From: Syntrophaceae bacterium UBA6252
Lineage (GTDB): Bacteria > Desulfobacterota > Syntrophia > Syntrophales > UBA6807
Direction of reading: 5' to 3'
Length of the DNA: 64,000 nt
Assembly: GCA_002441265.1 (NCBI GenBank)
Contig: DJVQ01000059.1
Location: 40,940 to 104,939 of the forward strand
Under the pieces are notes generated by a model, which was not told where the DNA came from, made no database searches, and was given only the letters and a program-made list of their open reading frames with translations. Below, piece by piece: positions 56,351 through 64,000 of this stretch (positions are counted from its first letter, which is position 1; the number at the start of each line of letters is the position of its first letter). The translations under genes and the position numbers were made by a program.

Positions 56351-57538
56351 ATGAATCGAGAAGCGCCCATGCCGGGCCGGGAAGGCGCGGCCCGCTGGAT
56401 CCTGGTGGCCGCGGCGCGGCCGAACTTCATGAAAATCGCGCCCATCGTGAGGGCCGTCGACGCCCACAACGAAAGAGGCGGCCGTCCCGTGAAGACCATC
56501 CTGGTCCACACAGGCCAGCACTACGACGCCAACATGTCCGACGCTTTCTTCCGGGACCTGGACCTGCCGGAGCCGGACATCCATCTCGGCGTCGGTTCGG
56601 GCACCCACGGGGAACAGACCGGCCGGGTGATGATCGCCTTCGAGAAGATCCTTCTCGAGGCCCCCCCCGATCTCGTCATCGTCGTCGGCGATGTCAACTC
56701 CACCATGGCCTGCGCCCTGGCGGCGGTGAAGCTCCACATCCCGGTGGCCCACGTCGAGGCCGGGTTCAGGAGCTTCGACCGGACCATGCCCGAGGAAATC
56801 AACCGCGTCGTCACGGACGCCGTGTCGGACTACCTGTTCACCCCCTCCGGGGACGCCGGCGAGAACCTTCTCAGGGAGGGCGTTCCCCGGGAGAAGATCC
56901 ACACGGTGGGAGACATCATGGTGGACAGCCTCCTGGCGGGCCTGGAAACGGCGAAGGGAAGGCCCACCCTGGACCGTTTCGGCCTGACGGGCAGGCCTTA
57001 CGCCCTTGTGACCCTCCACCGTCCGTCCAACGTGGACGACAGGGACGCCTTCGGCCGGATTCTCCGTGGGCTTGCAACCGTCGCGGAAAGAATCCCCGTC
57101 CTTATCCCCATCCACCCCCGGACACGGAAACAGGCGGGCCTTTTCGGCCTGGAATCCCGTTTCGTCTTCCACGGGAAGGAGGAGCCCGTTCCCCCGGCCC
57201 CGGGGTCCCTCATTCACGCCTTCCCACCCGTGGGCTACCTCGATTTTCTGAACCTCATGGCTTCCGCCTCCGTCGTGCTCACCGATTCGGGGGGCGTCCA
57301 GCAGGAAACCACCGTCCTCGGGGTTCCCTGCATCACGCTGCGGGACACCACGGAACGCCCCGTCACCCTGACGGAGGGGACGAACGTCCTGGTCCACAAC
57401 GACCCGGACCGGATGGTCGCCGAGGTGGAGCGGGCTCTCGGCGGCGGCCGCCGGCCGAAACGCCCGGCCGTCTGGGACGGGCGCACGGCGGAACGGATCG
57501 TCCGGATCCTGACCGGATCGCCGGAACCGGGCCGGTAG
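56351..57538 (+). CDS. wecB: UDP-N-acetylglucosamine 2-epimerase (non-hydrolysing)
   Basis: The start is at MNREAP (ATG 56351); the longer track ORF would abut the tRNA. ARPNFMKIAP, HTGQHYD, VHVEAG.RSFD and SGGVQEE match WecB. Confidence 0.9.
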   Translation: MNREAPMPGREGAARWILVAAARPNFMKIAPIVRAVDAHNERGGRPVKTILVHTGQHYDANMSDAFFRDLDLPEPDIHLGVGSGTHGEQTGRVMIAFEKILLEAPPDLVIVVGDVNSTMACALAAVKLHIPVAHVEAGFRSFDRTMPEEINRVVTDAVSDYLFTPSGDAGENLLREGVPREKIHTVGDIMVDSLLAGLETAKGRPTLDRFGLTGRPYALVTLHRPSNVDDRDAFGRILRGLATVAERIPVLIPIHPRTRKQAGLFGLESRFVFHGKEEPVPPAPGSLIHAFPPVGYLDFLNLMASASVVLTDSGGVQQETTVLGVPCITLRDTTERPVTLTEGTNVLVHNDPDRMVAEVERALGGGRRPKRPAVWDGRTAERIVRILTGSPEPGR

Positions 57539-57667
57539 CGGGGAAAGGGGAAGACCGGGCGGGCCGGAACCGAAAGGACTGGACAGAAGGAAAACGCGCC
57601 TTATATTAAGTTGAAAAAGGGTTTGTTCGGGACCCCTCTTCATCGACCGAAAAGGAAGGAGGCCCTT

Positions 57668-58654
57668 GTGTCCGAGTCCCCGAAAATCAGCAGGAGAGGA
57701 TTTCTGAAGGTCGCCGGTGGCGCCGCCATCGCCGCGGGCGCGGGCATTCCCGGGACCGCCGGTGCGAAGGAGCCCGGGGGGGCCGCCACGCTCATCGACA
57801 TCGGCCGGTGCGACGGGTGCCCGAATTACGAAATGCCCCTGTGCGTAACCGCCTGCAGGGAACGTTATCTTTCCCGGGTCCCCGAACCGGTGGACCCCAT
57901 CCCGAAGCTCTTTCCCCGGGGAAAAGTGGAGGACTGGTCGAAGCGGAAAAACGTCTTCGACCGCCTGACCCCATACAACCGGATCTACGTCCAGAAGGCG
58001 GCCGTTTCGGAGGACGGCAAGAACCGCGAATTCCACATCCCCCGGCGGTGCATGCACTGCGACCACCCCGCCTGTGCCACCCTCTGTCCCTTTTCGGCGA
58101 ACAAGAAATATGAAAACGGCGCCGTGGTCATCGACCCCGATCTGTGCTTCGGCGGGGCCAAGTGCCGGGATCTGTGCCCCTGGGCCATCCCCCAGAGGCA
58201 GTCCGGCATCGGCCTGTATCTGCACATCCTTCCCACCCTCGCGGGCAACGGCGTTCTTTTCAAGTGCGACCTGTGCCACGAGCGGATCGAGAAGAACGAA
58301 CTGCCCGTGTGCGTCGCCGCCTGTCCCCGGGAGGTCATGACCTTCGGCCCCCGGGAGGCCGTTTTCGCCGAGGCCGAAAAACGGGCCGCCGAAACGGGGG
58401 GATTCCTTTACGGGAAGACCGAGAACGGGGGAACGAGCACGCTGTACCTGTCCCCCGTTCCCTTCGAAAAACTGAACGGCGTCATCGAAAAAGGACCCGG
58501 GAAGCCCCACTTCGACCCGGTGAAGCCCCGGATGGCGGAAACGAACGCCCTGGCGAAAGCCGTGTTGCTGTCCCCCCTGGTGGGACTGGCCGCGGCCTGG
58601 TTCGGCACGGCCGTCGCCGCTTCCGGATCGGAAGACGGGAAGGGAGGGAAGTAG
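57668..58654 (+). CDS. Tat-exported 4x[4Fe-4S] ferredoxin-type subunit with C-terminal TM anchor (HybA/FdnH-like)
   Basis: I prefer GTG 57668 (GGAAGGAGG SD); the track start is TTG 57611. It has the twin-arginine signal SRRGFLKVAGGAAIAAGAG, four Cys clusters including CMHCDHPACATLCP, and a C-terminal helix AVLLSPLVGLAAAWFGTAVAA. Confidence 0.8.
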   Translation: MSESPKISRRGFLKVAGGAAIAAGAGIPGTAGAKEPGGAATLIDIGRCDGCPNYEMPLCVTACRERYLSRVPEPVDPIPKLFPRGKVEDWSKRKNVFDRLTPYNRIYVQKAAVSEDGKNREFHIPRRCMHCDHPACATLCPFSANKKYENGAVVIDPDLCFGGAKCRDLCPWAIPQRQSGIGLYLHILPTLAGNGVLFKCDLCHERIEKNELPVCVAACPREVMTFGPREAVFAEAEKRAAETGGFLYGKTENGGTSTLYLSPVPFEKLNGVIEKGPGKPHFDPVKPRMAETNALAKAVLLSPLVGLAAAWFGTAVAASGSEDGKGGK

Positions 58655-58657
58655 GCC

Positions 58658-59419
58658 ATGGAAGAACGCGTGCTGGAAAGAAAAGGCCTCGTCGTGCGGC
58701 ACAGCCTCCTGGAACGGATCGAGCACTGGGCCGTCGCCCTGTCGGGACTCGTCCTCGTCGCCACCGGTTTTTTCGAACTTCCCGTCGCCAGGCGGTACTT
58801 CATCACCGAAATCCCCGGGCTCGGCTGGTCGGGAGACTACATCACCTCCCTCGGCATTCACTACGCCGCCTCGGCGGTCTTCATCGCCGCCTGCCTTTTT
58901 CACCTCGTCCATCACGGGCTTCTGCGCCATGACGGGATGGTCCCCCGGAGGGGGGACCTCCGGGCGTCGGTCGAGGTGATCCGCACCTTTTTCGGCAAGG
59001 GCGAGGAGCCGCCCTTCGACAAGTACCTCCCGGAACAGCGTCTCGCCTGGGCCGGGATGGCGGTCATTATCGCCCTCCTCATCCTTTCGGGGCTCGTGAA
59101 GACCTGGAAGAACCTCGTCGATCCCCAGATGTCGCCGGCCCTCGTTCTCACCGCCACGTGGGTCCACAACGGGGCGTTCCTCCTTTTCATCCTGGCCTTT
59201 GCCGCCCACATCGGGGCGCTCGTCCTCAAGCCCAACCGGCCCATGGTCCGGAGCATCTTCACGGGCACCGTCCGGCTGGACTACGCCCGGAAAAGACACC
59301 CCCTGTGGATGTCCCGGCTGGAGGGCGAAAGCCTTGGCCCGGAAAAAGGAACGAAGGGAGGCGCCGGGGACACCGCGGGCGGCCACGGGCGTACCGGGCA
59401 GGGCGCTTCCGGTCCTTGA
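58658..59419 (+). CDS. b-type cytochrome membrane subunit (FdnI/HyaC-like)
   Basis: It starts 4 nt after the FeS gene. It has the N-terminal RHSLLERIEHW motif with His ligand candidates and about 4 TM helices. Confidence 0.7.
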   Translation: MEERVLERKGLVVRHSLLERIEHWAVALSGLVLVATGFFELPVARRYFITEIPGLGWSGDYITSLGIHYAASAVFIAACLFHLVHHGLLRHDGMVPRRGDLRASVEVIRTFFGKGEEPPFDKYLPEQRLAWAGMAVIIALLILSGLVKTWKNLVDPQMSPALVLTATWVHNGAFLLFILAFAAHIGALVLKPNRPMVRSIFTGTVRLDYARKRHPLWMSRLEGESLGPEKGTKGGAGDTAGGHGRTGQGASGP

Positions 59420-59533
59420 CTTCTTCGGGAAAGAACGTTTACTATCTTCGTATGCATTCTTGCCGGCAACAGGGACGGGCCGCGGTCCGGCACTTTCAAC
59501 CAGACGGAAAAGCGCAACCGTAGGGTCGATTTC

Positions 59534-60898
59534 ATGCAAACCCATCGCCGAAAGCCTGTCATCGCGTCCTTTGTCGTCGTCTGGCTCATGGTCTGCCTGG
59601 GGTGCAGCGGGGGGTCGGATTCGTCGGCCGGTTCCCAGCCCTGGCATGACCCGGCAAGGCTCGATTCCGCCCTTGTGGTCGACTGGTGCGCCCTGGCCCT
59701 GAAGATGACCAGGGAGACCGCAGGGTACACCCCGCCCGTGGCGGCCCGGGCCTTCGGCTACCTGGGCGTCGCCCTGTACGAGGCGGTCCGTCCCGGGATG
59801 ACGGGATACCGGAGCCTCCAGGGCCAGATCAGCGGACTCGCCCCCGACAGCCTTCCCGTCCCCGCCCCCTTTCGGGACCATCACTGGGGAATCGTGGCCA
59901 ACGAGACCCTGGCCAGGATTCTCTTCCTCCTCTATCCCGGGGCTTCGGACGAAAACCTGGAGGCCCTGGAAACGCTCCGGGAGCGATACCGGAACGCCTT
60001 TTCCCCGGGGGTGGACGGGGACGTGATCGACCGCTCCCTGTCCTTCGGGACCGCCATGGCCGACGCCGTTTACGCCTACGCCGTAACGGACGGCCAGGAG
60101 TTCGCCCACCTGGACAACTTCCCGGCGGACTACGTCCCCCCGGAGGGGGATGGCCTGTGGGTTCCGACACCGCCTTCCTACCAGCGGGCCATGCAGCCTT
60201 ACTGGGGGCAGGTCCGACCGTTCCTCGAAATCAACCGGACCCACGGAACCCCCCCGCCGCCCATGCCGTTCTCCGCGGACGAGGGTTCCGCTTTCTACGC
60301 CCAGGCGATGGAAGTGTACCAGGTTTCCGTGAACCTCACGGAGGAACAGACCGTCATCGCCCTGTTCTGGAGTGACGATCCCGGAACGACGTCGACCCCG
60401 CCGGGACATTCCCTGTCCATCCTGATCCAGGTGCTGGAAGAGGAGGACGCGAGCCTCGGCCTGGCCGCAGAGGCCTGCGCGAAGATCGGCATGGCCCTCC
60501 ATGACGCCTTCGTCTGCTGCTGGAGGACGAAATTCACCTACAACCTGGTCCGGCCCATCACCTACATCCGCGAGCGGATCGACCCGGCGTTCACTCCCGT
60601 CGTGACGACGCCGCCCTTCCCGGAATACACCTCGGGACACTCGGTCCAGTCGGGGGCCGCCGCGGAGATCCTCACCGATCTTTTCGGGGACGGCTACGCC
60701 TTCGACGACCGGACCCATGCCGGCCGGACCGACATCGACGGGACGCCCCGTCACTTCGATTCATTCTATGCCTTCGCCGACGAGGCCGCCATCTCCCGGC
60801 TGTACGGGGGCATCCATTACCGGGAGGCCATCGAGGTCGGCCTGGATCAGGGGATTCAGATCGGGCAAAACGTCCTGGGACTGACCTTCCGGGAATGA
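59534..60898 (+). CDS. PAP2 / vanadium-haloperoxidase-like lipoprotein
   Basis: It has a lipobox LMVCLGCSG. The C-terminal motifs PEYTSGHS and SRLYGGIHY match the acid phosphatase/vanadium haloperoxidase signature. Confidence 0.6.
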   Translation: MQTHRRKPVIASFVVVWLMVCLGCSGGSDSSAGSQPWHDPARLDSALVVDWCALALKMTRETAGYTPPVAARAFGYLGVALYEAVRPGMTGYRSLQGQISGLAPDSLPVPAPFRDHHWGIVANETLARILFLLYPGASDENLEALETLRERYRNAFSPGVDGDVIDRSLSFGTAMADAVYAYAVTDGQEFAHLDNFPADYVPPEGDGLWVPTPPSYQRAMQPYWGQVRPFLEINRTHGTPPPPMPFSADEGSAFYAQAMEVYQVSVNLTEEQTVIALFWSDDPGTTSTPPGHSLSILIQVLEEEDASLGLAAEACAKIGMALHDAFVCCWRTKFTYNLVRPITYIRERIDPAFTPVVTTPPFPEYTSGHSVQSGAAAEILTDLFGDGYAFDDRTHAGRTDIDGTPRHFDSFYAFADEAAISRLYGGIHYREAIEVGLDQGIQIGQNVLGLTFRE

Positions 60899-61657
60899 GC
60901 GGATCATGAAGGGGGTTCCGGCAGCGGATGGGTATCGGACCCGGTGAAACGATAGACCCCCTGTGCGGCGGAAGGCTCAGGATTCTCCAGAAGGCGCAGG
61001 GATACAGGTTTTCCGTGGATTCCCTGCTCCTCGCCTGGTTCACACGGGTCCGCGACCGCGGCCGCGTCCTCGATCTGGGTTCGGGGAGCGGCATCCTTTC
61101 CGCCGTCCTGGCTTTCCGGTTTCCGACCGTGGAAGTCACGGGAATCGAAATCCAGGAGGAACTGGCCCGGATGGCGCGGCGGACGGCGGCCCTGAACGGC
61201 CTCGACGACCGGGTCCGGATCCTCTGCGGCGACGCGTCGGAGATCCGGAACCTGGTTCCCCCCGAAAGTTTCGACGTCGCGGTCTTCAATCCGCCCTACC
61301 GGAAGCTCCGGTCGGGGAGGATGAACGACAACGCCGAAAGGGCGGTCGCCCGCCACGAACTGCGAGGCTCCCTGGGGACGTTTCTCCGGGCCGCCCGGTA
61401 CGCCCTGCGCGGCGGCGGGGAGGCCTTTCTCGTCTATCCCGCCGTCCGGGGCGTCGAGCTGTTCTGGAGGATGCGGCGGGAGACGCTGGAGCCGAAAACG
61501 GTCCGGTTCGTCCATTCCAGGAGGGATTCGGCGGGCGAGTTCGTTCTCGTCCGGGCGGTCCGGGGCGGCGGGGAGGAGCTGAAGGTCCTTCCCCCTCTTT
61601 TCCTCTACGGGGACGGGGACGGCTATTCGGCCGAAGCGATGGAGATTTTCCGGGAAA

Positions 61658-63934
<2,277 letters not shown>

Positions 63935-63936
63935 CC

Positions 63937-64000
63937 TCAGGCTTTTCCGTAGATGGACCGCTGCCGTTCGACGACGTCGGCGATGTCGTACAGGATTCTC
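63937..64000 (-). CDS. 3' end of an unidentified minus-strand gene (partial at window edge)
   Basis: The frame is open from the window edge to TGA at 63939-63937 and encodes ...RILYDIADVVERQRSIYGKA*. It is too short to identify. Confidence 0.25.
   Translation of the reverse strand, partial: RILYDIADVVERQRSIYGKA

Noticed and set aside
56315-60754. A 1479-aa minus-strand ORF spanning wecB, the FeS gene, the cytochrome b gene and most of the PAP2-like gene.
   Set aside because: It is antisense to four well-supported plus-strand genes. Its translation is low-complexity and rich in R/G/P/A, as expected for the reverse frame of high-GC3 genes, and it has no recognisable motifs. I treat it as a stop-codon-depleted artefact of GC-rich DNA. 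Its crossing of three intergenic gaps without a stop is striking but still compatible with chance at this composition.

Overview
All calls below come from reading the sequence and the supplied ORF track by eye; no database search or computation was run. This is a gene-dense, GC-rich bacterial chromosomal segment, mostly transcribed on the minus strand. Gene content and synteny suggest an anaerobic Desulfobacterota-type (Geobacter/Syntrophus-like) organism, which is an inference: xerC-hslVU-argBDFGH-lysA-dapAB, a Hox-type [NiFe] hydrogenase, a four-subunit 2-oxoacid:ferredoxin oxidoreductase, and PAS/HD-GYP/GGDEF sensors. Most of the window is ordinary core metabolism and housekeeping: a GldAFG-like ABC module, an RND efflux operon, an amino-acid ABC transporter, arginine/lysine biosynthesis, HslVU, MiaB, RmuC, Pgm, WecB and three tRNAs. 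Two regions stand out. (1) An AT-rich islet of about 1.5 kb (c. 23.94-25.43 kb) sits directly 3' of the conserved pgsA-tRNA-Gly-tRNA-Cys unit. It carries a three-gene minus-strand operon: an MqsR-like toxin, a long MqsA-like zinc-ribbon/HTH antitoxin with a roughly 90-residue C-terminal extension, and an 86-aa DUF3467-like protein. I propose this as a non-canonical toxin-antitoxin-chaperone-like tripartite module. (2) A translationally coupled three-gene module lies at 46.6-48.5 kb. It encodes a minimal exosortase/archaeosortase-family protein, a polytopic membrane protein ending in a SecA-type SEC-C zinc motif, and a further unknown membrane protein, and it faces an orphan PilT-like ATPase. 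Secondary observations are a Hox hydrogenase operon without diaphorase genes, an orphan Tat-exported FeS protein plus cytochrome b pair, clustered GC-rich REP-like hairpins, several perfect palindromes in intergenic DNA, and a tiny highly basic ORF ahead of a DEAD-box helicase. The very long antisense ORFs in the track (up to 1479 aa) are treated as GC-driven artefacts.
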